From Myxococcota bacterium (GTDB lineage: Bacteria > Myxococcota_A > UBA9160 > UBA4427), in contig JAYZFK010000052.1 in assembly GCA_036336835.1 (NCBI GenBank), positions 1 to 39,687 on the forward strand: a stretch of 39,687 bases of DNA, given 5' to 3'. The notes below the pieces were generated by a model. It was not told the DNA's origin, searched no databases, and saw only the letters and a list, made by a program, of their open reading frames with translations. Position numbers and translations under genes: made by a program. This document shows positions 9,562 to 18,341 of the stretch, one piece after another (within the stretch, counting starts at the first letter, position 1; each line of letters begins with the position of its first letter).

Positions 9562-11265
9562 GTGAACGTGCGACGCCACCGGCTCCACGCCGGCCTTCAG
9601 TGGATCGTTCTCCTCGTGCTCGTCGGCGCGCTGCTCACGATGTTCTTTCGTCATCTGTCCTATCCGCTGATCTGGCACGACGAGAGCGACACCGTGATGT
9701 TCGGTCAGCGCGTGCTCGAGTACGGGTATCCGAAGGTACACGGCGAGCGAAACGTGGTGTATGGGCTGCGCCAGGATCAGGAGATCGGCGTCGACTCGGA
9801 GCTGGACGCCTACCTGGGTTCGCCATGGGCACAGTACTATTACGCCGCGATCGGCGTGGCCCACGCGGCAGCCACGGACGACTTGTACGAGAAGACGGCT
9901 CGGCTGCGTCTGCCCTTCGCCGTGGCCGGCGCGGCGGGCCTGCTCGTCCTGCTTCTGGCGTTGCTGCCCGCGGTCGAGGGCCGCGCCCCGCGACGCCATC
10001 TCGCGATCGGCTTCGTGCTGCTCGCGATCTGCTCGACCTCGCTGCTGCTCCATCTGCGCGAGGCGCGCTACTACTCGCTCGCGGTCCTGCTGGCGGCGGG
10101 GATCGTCTACGTCTTCGCGCGGCACCACGTCTACCGCAGCCTCGGCTACGCGGCGTACTGTGCGGCGCTGGTCACGCTGCTCTTCCTGCTGTGCAATACC
10201 TTCTACCCGCTGTTCGGGGTCCTCGTCGCAACGCTCGGCGTCCACCACCTGGCTCGCGCGCTCGCGTCGCGCGCGCCATGGCGCGATCGCCTGCAGCGAC
10301 TGCTGCGCGACGGTCTGCCGATCGCCGCCGCTCTCGTCGCGGTCGTTCCGGGGATCGCGTTCCTCAATCTGTTCGCGGTCACGAGTGCCTTCATGGATCT
10401 ATACGTGGCGAGCCCGGACAACAGCTATCCGAGCATCCTGCGCACCGTTGCGCTGCACATGTTGCGGTTCGAGTTTCTCGGTCCGGTGGTGGTCTCGCGG
10501 ATCGCCGTCTTTGCGCTCGGGCGCGGCCGGACCGGCGGAGAGGGGCTTCGCCGACGGCGCGAGCTGGCGAGCTTCCTGTTCCTGTTCTGTGCAGTTCACT
10601 GGATCGTGGTTGCGCGCACGCCGTTCTTCTACGAACGCTACTATCTCGCGATCGGGCCGATGCTGATCGCGATACTGATGCTCGACCTGTTCAGCATCGC
10701 CGAGCTCGCGCGCACGAGCGCGATCCGTGCCGTCCGAGCCGGCGCGCTCGGCGCCGTCGGCGCGGCACTCGCGGTCTCGGTACTCCTGCGGGTCCCGGAG
10801 ATGAGCGGCCAGCTCCACGAGCTGCGCGTTCGCTATCGCGGTCCGCTCGACTACCTGATCCCGTACCTGAACGACAGCTACGCCGACCCGACGAGACTCG
10901 TGATTGCGACGGATTACGAGGAGCCCTCGCTGATGTACTACCTCGGCAGCCACGTAATCGTCGGCTACTACGGCGCGAACCTCGAGCGCGATCTCGAGCT
11001 CGACCCGGACGTGATCATTCCGCGCTACTGGCCCGCGCAGAAGGCGGCCATCGATGCGCTTCGAGCCCGGGGCGACTGGGTGATCCAGCGCTTCCCGGTG
11101 GCCGGCCTGCCCGCCAACAACGTCCCGTCGCTCTCTCCGCGCAACCAGGCCTCCGGCTTCACCCACCAGTTCGAGACGGTCCGGACCGAGGTTCTGGAGC
11201 ACCGCGCCTATCTGCTGGAGGACGCGGACCTGGTCGCGTCGCGGCAGGGCCTTCGGGGCAACTGA
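9562..11265 (+). CDS. Polytopic membrane protein, ArnT/GT39-like GT-C glycosyltransferase
   Basis: This is the real 3' part of the 1316-aa track ORF. TM1 is followed by LIWHDESD (DE motif), then RLPF, REARYYSL and FYERYYL motifs and a soluble C-terminal domain. Confidence 0.75.
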   Translation: MNVRRHRLHAGLQWIVLLVLVGALLTMFFRHLSYPLIWHDESDTVMFGQRVLEYGYPKVHGERNVVYGLRQDQEIGVDSELDAYLGSPWAQYYYAAIGVAHAAATDDLYEKTARLRLPFAVAGAAGLLVLLLALLPAVEGRAPRRHLAIGFVLLAICSTSLLLHLREARYYSLAVLLAAGIVYVFARHHVYRSLGYAAYCAALVTLLFLLCNTFYPLFGVLVATLGVHHLARALASRAPWRDRLQRLLRDGLPIAAALVAVVPGIAFLNLFAVTSAFMDLYVASPDNSYPSILRTVALHMLRFEFLGPVVVSRIAVFALGRGRTGGEGLRRRRELASFLFLFCAVHWIVVARTPFFYERYYLAIGPMLIAILMLDLFSIAELARTSAIRAVRAGALGAVGAALAVSVLLRVPEMSGQLHELRVRYRGPLDYLIPYLNDSYADPTRLVIATDYEEPSLMYYLGSHVIVGYYGANLERDLELDPDVIIPRYWPAQKAAIDALRARGDWVIQRFPVAGLPANNVPSLSPRNQASGFTHQFETVRTEVLEHRAYLLEDADLVASRQGLRGN

Positions 11266-11266
11266 C

Positions 11267-13024
11267 ATGACCCAGGCTGATCGGACGTCGTTTGCGGGGA
11301 CCGCGATGCGCACGGGTCGAGCCGAGCGGCTCCTCGGGCTCACGGCCGTCGGCTTGCCCGCCCTGTCGACGCTCGCCGTCATCGCGATCGTCGCGATCGA
11401 TCTTCCCTTTGCCGATGGCTGGGATACGCCGGGGAGTCTGCTCGAGACGGAGGCGCATCGCGGACTGAGCGCACGAGACTTCGTCGCCCAGCACAACGAG
11501 AGTCGGCCGCTGTTCCCGCGGCTGCTGTTCTATGCCGCGTCCCATGCCTTCGGCTGGCATCCGAAGCTCTTCATGCTGCTGAGTTGGCTGGCGACCCTCG
11601 TGGTCGCGCTGATCACCACACGCTGGCTCGGGCAGACCGTCCGGACGCCGCTGAGCCTCGTCGCGAGCTTGATCGTCAGCGCGTTCGTGTTCTCGCTGGC
11701 CCAGTACTCGAACTTTCTCTGGGGCATGCAGCTCGTGGTCTTCGTCCCATCCTTCTGTTTGATCCTGGCGCTCGAGCTGGCGCGTTCACGCGCTTCGGCG
11801 ACGCTGATTCTCGTCGGCATCATCGGGCTCTGTACGCTGTCCACGTTCTCGTACGCCAACGGCATGCTCTGCTGGCTGCTCGCGGCGCCCTTGCCGCTGT
11901 TCGTCGCGGCCCAGCGCGGAGAGGATCGGGCGCGTCTGCGCAGGCTGGCCGGCATCTATCTGGCCTGTGCGGCGCTGGCCTTGCTGCTCTACTTCTGGGA
12001 CTACACCACGCCCGCCCATCATCCCTCCCTCGCGGCAGCGCTGCTCGAGCCGGCGAAGGCCTATTGGTTCTTTGCGAGCTGGCTCGGGGCGCCGTTCTCT
12101 GACGCCGTCTGGCCACTCGAGGCGGCACCCGTCGCGGGCAGCGTCATCCTGGTCGTCGTGGTCGGGCTGGTCGCGGCGTTCGTCCGGCAGGCCCGGCGGA
12201 GCAGGGATCGGGATCTCGTCCGAGTGGCCATCCCCTGGCTGGCGCTGCTCGCCTATGGGCTGATCTCGGGCCTGGTGACGACGGCTGGGCGCATGGGTTC
12301 GGGGGAGCAGGCAGCCTTGGTGCAACGCTATGCGACTCATGTCCTCTGGATCCCCGTCGGGCTGACCGGGCTCATCTGTCTGATGCGGGCGCGCCGCGAT
12401 GGCGAGCACACTCGCGCGAGCACTCCGATCGACCTGGCGTTGCTCGTCGTGCTCGGCGGACTGGCGGTCCTCAGCTGGATCAACGGCGCGCGGCAGCTGC
12501 CGCAGTACTCCAAGCAGCTTCGTCAGAACGCCCTGAGCCTGCAGCTCATCGATGTGCTGCCCGAGAACCCGCTACTGGCCCGGATTCACCCGACGCCGCA
12601 GCTCATCGTGTCGCGAGCTCGTCTGCTCGGCGAGCGAGGCATGCTCGACTACCAACCAGTCGGCCGCTGGGTCACGGCGGCCGCGGCCGAGCCGGCGTCC
12701 GCCGTCGGCGCGGTCGACGTGTGGCAGCTCGAAGGCCAGGGTGGCGGCGGGGCGGCTCGCCAGCTCGTCGTCGACGGCACCGCTGTCATCCCCGACACGG
12801 AGCGTGCCGCCGACGGAGTCTTGTTGCGTTGGACGAGGCCCGCGGGTCCGGCGCGCAGCTGGACGGCGCTGATCGTCGCCGATCGCGATTCGGCGAGTGG
12901 GCAACGGATTCGCTTCTTCGATCTCCTCGATGCACCGCTCGACGCGGATCCGGCGAGGCTCGAGGCGCTGGCCATCGACCTGACACGGCAGCGCCTCTAC
13001 CGTATCGCGAGAGCCGTGAGATAG
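11267..13024 (+). CDS. Polytopic membrane protein, probable GT-C glycosyltransferase
   Basis: DLPFADGWD...QHNESRPLFPRL loop after TM1, QYSNFLWGMQ, SYANG, GR...RY motifs, many TM-like segments and a soluble C-terminus. Starts 1 nt after the upstream stop. Confidence 0.6.
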   Translation: MTQADRTSFAGTAMRTGRAERLLGLTAVGLPALSTLAVIAIVAIDLPFADGWDTPGSLLETEAHRGLSARDFVAQHNESRPLFPRLLFYAASHAFGWHPKLFMLLSWLATLVVALITTRWLGQTVRTPLSLVASLIVSAFVFSLAQYSNFLWGMQLVVFVPSFCLILALELARSRASATLILVGIIGLCTLSTFSYANGMLCWLLAAPLPLFVAAQRGEDRARLRRLAGIYLACAALALLLYFWDYTTPAHHPSLAAALLEPAKAYWFFASWLGAPFSDAVWPLEAAPVAGSVILVVVVGLVAAFVRQARRSRDRDLVRVAIPWLALLAYGLISGLVTTAGRMGSGEQAALVQRYATHVLWIPVGLTGLICLMRARRDGEHTRASTPIDLALLVVLGGLAVLSWINGARQLPQYSKQLRQNALSLQLIDVLPENPLLARIHPTPQLIVSRARLLGERGMLDYQPVGRWVTAAAAEPASAVGAVDVWQLEGQGGGGAARQLVVDGTAVIPDTERAADGVLLRWTRPAGPARSWTALIVADRDSASGQRIRFFDLLDAPLDADPARLEALAIDLTRQRLYRIARAVR

Positions 13025-13037
13025 GGGACTCGCCAGC

Positions 13038-14726
13038 ATGTCATCGGCTTCCACGATCCATCGCCGCTGGCATGCGGGCTCGATCGCGTGGGGGCTGCTG
13101 CTCGCGATCTGGTTGGGACGTGTGTTCTTCCTGCACGATCCCGACTGGATCCACCTGACCCACGAGAACGTGCGGATTCGCAGCTACTCGGGCCGATTGC
13201 TCGAGTTCCGCGACCTGCTGGCCGCCGGCTACTGGTCGCCGCAGTGGGCCACGCACTTTCACAAAGGCTTCGGCACGCCGTACTTCGGCTACTACCAGCC
13301 CGGCATCTTCTACCTCTCGAGCCTCGTCCCCTGGTCGCTCGCGCCTATGCGCGCCTTCGGGGTCAGCGTCGTGGTGCTGGCCTGGCTCGGATACGCGGCG
13401 ACCTACTTCCTCGTGCGTCGCTGGTTCGGTGGGCTGTCGGGCGCGTTCTCGGGAAGCTTGCTGCTGCTCTCGGTGTACGCCTGCACCGAGATCTACCTTC
13501 GCGGTGACTTCTCCGAGTTCGCTGCGATGATGCTCTTCCCCGCGGCACTCTGTGCCCTGGCCGCCTGGGTCGAAGACGGGAAGCCATCGCGCATCGCGCT
13601 GTTGGCCGTGGTGGCGGGCGCGCTTCCCGTCACGCATCCCGCCATCGGGCTCGTCGGCTACGGAGTGCTCGGCATGCTGGCGGTAGGACTCCTGGCGACG
13701 CCCCACCGCGCCCGGGCCGTCGGGGCCCTCGCGGCGCTGGGGGTCGGAGTCGGCCTCTCGGCCTTCTACTGGATGCCCGTCTTCCTCGAGTGGGACCTGG
13801 TGTCATCCAGTCGTGCATTCACCGGGTTCTATGACCACTCAAAGCACTTCGTCGACGTCTTCGCGCTGGTGGGACCCTATACGCGAGAGACGCCGGTCCC
13901 CTTCACATTGGGCCCCCTTCTCCCGGCACTGGTCGCGATCAACCTGGTGACCGGGATTGTGCGGCGCCGTCGACTGGACCGGGCCCAATCGATGGCGGTG
14001 GTATTGGCCGTCGCGGCGCTGGTCTCGATGGTGTTCCTGATGACGGAGGCATCGGCATTCGTCTGGGCCCAGCTTGTCCCGCTCCAGCGGCTCCAGTTTC
14101 CGTGGCGACTGCTGGCCCTCGCAACGGTCTTCGCCGCGTGCCTCGCGGGCGCCATGCTTCCCTGGCCCTCGGAACGCCTGCGCGGCGCCGTGCTCGCACT
14201 CGTCGTGGGCGTCGCCCTGTTCACGAGCCAGACCTACTCGCGCTACACGGAAAACTCGAATGCGCCGAAGCTCCCTGATGTCGCGGCCATCGAGGCTTTC
14301 GACTTCGACCCTGCCGGCGCGCTCGAATGGATGCCGCTCGGCGCGGAGCTGCGGGCGGTAGACCTGTTCGAGTCGATCCCGAGAGCCGCGCCCGGTGCCC
14401 GCGTCGAGAGCTTCGAGCGAACCCAGGGTCGCCTGCGAGCCCGGGTCGAGTCCGTGAGCTCTTCGTCCGTGGTGTTCCCGCACTTCGCCTTTTCGGTCGG
14501 CTGGACGGCGACCCTCGGCGGAGCACCCATCGAGATCGGGCAGACGTCGCTCGGCCTGATGCGTTTCGAGCTGCCCGCCGGAAGCAATGGCGTGCTCGAA
14601 GCGCGCTTCTCGATGACACCGATGCGCGCGGCGGGGCTCCGCGTGTCCGCAGCCGCGGCGGTCGTCGGGGTGGCCGTGTTGCTGGCCGCTCGTCGGAGAT
14701 CGAGTGCGAACGCGGAGCGGAGCTGA
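13038..14726 (+). CDS. Membrane protein of the PTPS-related/YfhO-like GT-C family
   Basis: THE loop, PQWATHFHKGFGTPYFGYYQP (resembles the PRW..G.G.P.F.FY.P pattern), IYLRGDFSE, LQFPWRLL, EWMP, YfhO-like C-terminal GW.A..G and a final TM. Confidence 0.7.
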   Translation: MSSASTIHRRWHAGSIAWGLLLAIWLGRVFFLHDPDWIHLTHENVRIRSYSGRLLEFRDLLAAGYWSPQWATHFHKGFGTPYFGYYQPGIFYLSSLVPWSLAPMRAFGVSVVVLAWLGYAATYFLVRRWFGGLSGAFSGSLLLLSVYACTEIYLRGDFSEFAAMMLFPAALCALAAWVEDGKPSRIALLAVVAGALPVTHPAIGLVGYGVLGMLAVGLLATPHRARAVGALAALGVGVGLSAFYWMPVFLEWDLVSSSRAFTGFYDHSKHFVDVFALVGPYTRETPVPFTLGPLLPALVAINLVTGIVRRRRLDRAQSMAVVLAVAALVSMVFLMTEASAFVWAQLVPLQRLQFPWRLLALATVFAACLAGAMLPWPSERLRGAVLALVVGVALFTSQTYSRYTENSNAPKLPDVAAIEAFDFDPAGALEWMPLGAELRAVDLFESIPRAAPGARVESFERTQGRLRARVESVSSSSVVFPHFAFSVGWTATLGGAPIEIGQTSLGLMRFELPAGSNGVLEARFSMTPMRAAGLRVSAAAAVVGVAVLLAARRRSSANAERS

Positions 14727-14826
14727 TCGCGTTGGGAGATGCACGACGAGGAACGCGAGCACGCCGCGGTCGACGCTCGGCTCGCTCGTCGTCAGAGCGG
14801 ATGCGGGGCTGCGTACGACCGGCTGG

Positions 14827-15606
14827 TCAGCCCTTCTTGGGCAGCCCGAAGAGACCTTGCGCGGACTCGCTTCGTGCCGCGCGGTCCAGCAGGTCGCCGT
14901 CGGTCTCGCTCACGTCGCCCAGCGAGGTGGCGCGAGCGTAGGCGCGGAGCTGGCTCTTGGTCATGGAGATGGCCATCTCCGGCTTGGCGGCGAGCTTGCG
15001 TGCCAGCTCGTCGACCTCGCTGTCGAGCGCCTCCGGGTCGACCGCCCGGTGCACCATTCCCCAGTCCGCTGCCTTCTGCGCCGCGATGTCCTCGCACAGC
15101 ATCAGCACCTCGCGGGTGCGCGCGGCACCGATCTCGTTCAGCAGGCGGGGGGTCGCGCCCCAGGTGAGCGGAATCCCCAGGTCGACCTCCGGAACCCGGA
15201 ACACGGCGTCGCGAGCCGCGATGCGGAAGTCGCACGCCAGGGCAAAGCACGCGCCGCCGCCGATCGCGTGGCCGTGGACCCTTGCGATCGTGAGTGCGTC
15301 GCAGTCTTCGATCGCCCTGCTGGCGCGGCGGCCGAGCTGTGAAATCCAGCGCCGCTCCCGGTCGCTCGCCGGTGCTGCCGCCGGCGCTCCGGCCTTGCGG
15401 TCCGCCCCCGCGCAGAAGCTGCGGCCCCGGCCGCCGAGCACGACGACACGCGCCTCCCACTCGGTCTCGAGCGAGCCGAACAGATCGCCGATCTCGCGCA
15501 GCATCGTGTTGTCGATCGCGTTGAGTCTCTCGGGCCGATTCAACCAGACGCGCAGGACCGGGCCTTCGCGTTCCAGCTCCAGCGTCTCGAAATCCCCGGT
15601 CGGCAT
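14827..15606 (-). CDS. Enoyl-CoA hydratase/isomerase (crotonase) family protein
   Basis: LNRPERLNA, FCAGAD and GHAIGGG..LACDFRIA..F..PEVDLG motifs. Confidence 0.93.
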   Translation of the reverse strand: MPTGDFETLELEREGPVLRVWLNRPERLNAIDNTMLREIGDLFGSLETEWEARVVVLGGRGRSFCAGADRKAGAPAAAPASDRERRWISQLGRRASRAIEDCDALTIARVHGHAIGGGACFALACDFRIAARDAVFRVPEVDLGIPLTWGATPRLLNEIGAARTREVLMLCEDIAAQKAADWGMVHRAVDPEALDSEVDELARKLAAKPEMAISMTKSQLRAYARATSLGDVSETDGDLLDRAARSESAQGLFGLPKKG

Positions 15607-15612
15607 CCGCGA

Positions 15613-15618
15613 AGCCTA
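15613..15618 (-). promoter_or_regulatory. Putative -10 box TAGGCT, 6 nt before the ATG at 15606 (leaderless)
   Basis: Minus strand reads TAGGCTtcgcggATG; no SD. Confidence 0.55.
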
Positions 15619-15742
15619 CCGCACCGCCGCAGGTCGAATTGCAGCCCGAGCTCGGCAGCTCCGTTCGATAGTCCGTGGCCCTGCCGGCGCGGGTCCGCGC
15701 CCGGCTTGCGCAGAGGCCGCGCGTCTCGCCCCTGCGGCAGCA

Positions 15743-15748
15743 TATAAT
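15743..15748 (+). promoter_or_regulatory. Consensus -10 box TATAAT upstream of the mini-ORF/Rieske/LLM unit
   Basis: Perfect TATAAT in a GC-rich intergenic region, about 20 nt upstream of GGAGGA (15768-15773). Confidence 0.65.
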
Positions 15749-15779
15749 GCCCACTCGCCGGCAGACCGGAGGATTGGCG

Positions 15780-15881
15780 ATGTCCAGGTGGAGGCGCGAC
15801 GAGCTCGAGTCCGCGTTCTCGAATTTCCAGTGCGTGCTCGGCGAGGCCAACGTCACGCTGCTGAAGTACGCGGGCGGCTGA
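15780..15881 (+). pseudogene. 33-aa mini-ORF (MSRWRRDELESAFSNFQCVLGEANVTLLKYAGG), probably an internally deleted remnant of an NTF2/SnoaL-like gene
   Basis: GGAGGA 6 nt before the ATG; 31 of 32 post-start codons end in G/C. The two halves resemble, from memory, the N-terminus and a late strand of SnoaL-like proteins. Confidence 0.5.
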
Positions 15882-15890
15882 GCCGCGTCG

Positions 15891-17237
15891 ATGTCGCAGG
15901 ACACCCGCGTTCCCGAGGCCTGGCGGCTGGGCGAGGATTTCGTGCCCAAGGGTCGGTACATCGACCGCGATTTTCTCCAGCTCGAGTACCAGCGGCTCTT
16001 CCCCAGGCTCTGGCAGATGGCCTGCCGCGAAGAGGAGATCCCCGCGGTGGGCTCCCACCTCGAGTACCAGATCGGCGATCAGTCGGTCGTCGTGGTGCGC
16101 AGCGAGTCCGGGATCAAGGCGTTCTACAACGCCTGCATCCACCGCGGCACGCGACTGGTCCGGGGAAGGGGCCGCGCGTCGGAGCTGCGCTGCCCGTTCC
16201 ACGGCTGGCGCTTTGCGCTCGACGGCGAGTGCACCTTCATGTACTGCGCCGACGAGTTCAACCCGCGGCCCGAGGCGCAGCGCCGCCTGCGCGAGATCCG
16301 CTGCGACTCCTGGGGTGGCTGGGTCTTCGTGTGCTTCGATCCCGATGCGGAGCCGCTCCTCGACTGGCTGGATCCGATCCCGCAGGCGGTCGCGCCCTGG
16401 CGCCTCGACGAGATGCGTTATCTCTGGCACAAGCGGACGATCCTACCGGCGAACTGGAAGACGGCGATCGACGCGTTCATCGAGGGCTACCACACCCCGG
16501 GAACGCACCCGCAGTACGGGCGCTTCGACCAGGGGGCCGCGCCGAGCACCCGGCCGACCACCGCCGAGGAGTTTGGAGCGGGGCTCTGGACGCCGACGAT
16601 CACCTACCGCAACCACTCGCGCTTCGTGTTTGGCATGCGCGACGACGGCGCTTCGCATCAGCGGGGACCGATCTCGAAGGAGACCGTCGCCAACAACATC
16701 CTGTACCAGGTCGCACAGCTCCGGGCCCTGAATACCGAGAGTGATGCGCGCGCGGCTCGCGAGCTGCTCGACACGGACCTTGCGCCCGGCGCGAATCCCT
16801 ATGCGGAGCTCTCCCGGCTCCGCCGCAAGCACGCCGAGGCCGACGGCGTGCGTCTGCCCGAGTTTACCCACGAGCAGCTCGACGCCGGGGCGGGCGACTG
16901 GCACGTTCTTCCGACCCTGGTGATCCTGCTCGAGCTGGGCTGCGCGCTCGGCTACCGCTCTCTGCCCAATGGCGACGATCCCGACTCGTGCGTCTTCGAT
17001 GTCTGGTCGCTTCAGCTCTTCGGCCCGGGCAAGCAGCCCCATGTCGAGCTCGAGTTCCACGAGCGCTGGCAAGACGGCGACTTCGGCCAGGTGCTCGAGC
17101 AGGATTTTCGCAACATGTCCGAGGTCACCGCCGGGCTGCACCAGCGCGGCTTCGAGGGACACTGGCTGAACACGAAGCAGGAGATGTCCGTGCACAATGC
17201 GCACCGCATCGCCGACCGCTTCCTGTTCGACGCGTAG
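15891..17237 (+). CDS. Rieske non-heme iron oxygenase, alpha subunit
   Basis: Rieske ligands CIHRG...CPFHGW; mononuclear Fe motif NWK..DAFIEGYHTPGTH; C-terminal EQD. Confidence 0.95.
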   Translation: MSQDTRVPEAWRLGEDFVPKGRYIDRDFLQLEYQRLFPRLWQMACREEEIPAVGSHLEYQIGDQSVVVVRSESGIKAFYNACIHRGTRLVRGRGRASELRCPFHGWRFALDGECTFMYCADEFNPRPEAQRRLREIRCDSWGGWVFVCFDPDAEPLLDWLDPIPQAVAPWRLDEMRYLWHKRTILPANWKTAIDAFIEGYHTPGTHPQYGRFDQGAAPSTRPTTAEEFGAGLWTPTITYRNHSRFVFGMRDDGASHQRGPISKETVANNILYQVAQLRALNTESDARAARELLDTDLAPGANPYAELSRLRRKHAEADGVRLPEFTHEQLDAGAGDWHVLPTLVILLELGCALGYRSLPNGDDPDSCVFDVWSLQLFGPGKQPHVELEFHERWQDGDFGQVLEQDFRNMSEVTAGLHQRGFEGHWLNTKQEMSVHNAHRIADRFLFDA

Positions 17238-17283
17238 CGGAAGGCAGTTCGAGTACCTTCCGGACGATCGATCGGAGAACCCA

Positions 17284-18249
17284 ATGGAGTTCGGACTCGG
17301 CATTCCCCACACGGGCAAGCTCGCCTCGCCCGAGTATGTGCGCGATTTCTGTCAGGCCGCCGACGAGCTCGGCTACGAGGGGCTGTGGACGGTGGATCAC
17401 CCCGCCATCCCGCCCCACAGCGATTCGGAGTACACGCTCGGGAGCCGACCGAGGACGATGCCCGACAACGCGGTGTCCGACCTGCTGGCGCCGAACTACG
17501 AGATGACGAGCACGCTGCTGTTCGTCGCGGGCATCACCCGGCGTGCGAAGCTCGGCTCCAGCGTTGCCATCCTGCCGCTGCGCAATCCCGTCCTGAACGC
17601 GCGCATGCTGGCAACCCTCGACATCTACTCCGGCGGACGACTCCTCTACGGCGTGGGAGTGGGTTGGCTTCGCGAGGAAGCCGAAGCCATGCAGATGCCC
17701 TGGGACCATCGCGGTGCTCGCGCCGATGAGCACATTGCGCTGATGCGTCGGCTCTGGACGGCGGAGGGCGACACCGTCGACTTCGAGGGAAGGTTCTACC
17801 GCGTCCCGCCCATCCATCCGGAACCGCGACCCGTGCAGAAGCCGTGTCCGCCGATCCTGATCGGCGGACACAGCGATGTTGCACTGCGGCGAGCGGCGCG
17901 GATCGGAGACGGCTGGATCGCCGGCCCGATGCCGCCGGTGCGCCTGGCGAGCTTGACGCAGCAGCTGCGCAGCCTGGTCGAGGCGGAGGGACGCGATGCC
18001 GCCTCGGTCCCGATCTATGCAAGTGCAGGAATCGCGATCACCGCCGAGCGCGACGCCAAGGCGTGGAAGTTCACGGCTCCCAACGGCGCCATCTCCATCG
18101 AAGAAGCGGACCTGCTGATCGACCGCTTGCGGGAGTTCGACCGTCTCGGTGTCCACCACCTGCGGATCGGCTTCGAGGCCCGGGATCGGCCGGCGCGGCT
18201 CGCGCTCATGCAACAGGTGGCCGAGAAGATCCTCCCCGCGCTGCGCTGA
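17284..18249 (+). CDS. Luciferase-like (LLM) oxidoreductase, probably F420-dependent
   Basis: GYEGLWTVDH, LPLRNP..ARMLATLD..SGGRL..GVGVGW..EE and PPILIGG...ALRRAAR.GDGW motifs; GGAGA RBS. Confidence 0.9.
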   Translation: MEFGLGIPHTGKLASPEYVRDFCQAADELGYEGLWTVDHPAIPPHSDSEYTLGSRPRTMPDNAVSDLLAPNYEMTSTLLFVAGITRRAKLGSSVAILPLRNPVLNARMLATLDIYSGGRLLYGVGVGWLREEAEAMQMPWDHRGARADEHIALMRRLWTAEGDTVDFEGRFYRVPPIHPEPRPVQKPCPPILIGGHSDVALRRAARIGDGWIAGPMPPVRLASLTQQLRSLVEAEGRDAASVPIYASAGIAITAERDAKAWKFTAPNGAISIEEADLLIDRLREFDRLGVHHLRIGFEARDRPARLALMQQVAEKILPALR

Positions 18250-18341
18250 AGCGGTCGTTCCGTCGGCGGAGGAGAGCGAAAGGCTCTAGCATGCTCCGCC
18301 CGAGGTGGAACAGCTCGGTCGCGCAATGGAGGAGCGGATGG

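Noticed and set aside
7315..11265. 1316-aa ORF as one giant protein
   Set aside because: The first 749 codons are mostly antisense to two real membrane-protein genes and read as Arg/Gly-rich shadow sequence. Only the part from the GTG at 9562 looks like a real protein.
15780..15881. ThiS/MoaD-like sulfur carrier, because of the C-terminal Gly-Gly
   Set aside because: 33 aa is too short for a beta-grasp fold, and there is no ThiF/MoeB-like activating enzyme in the window.
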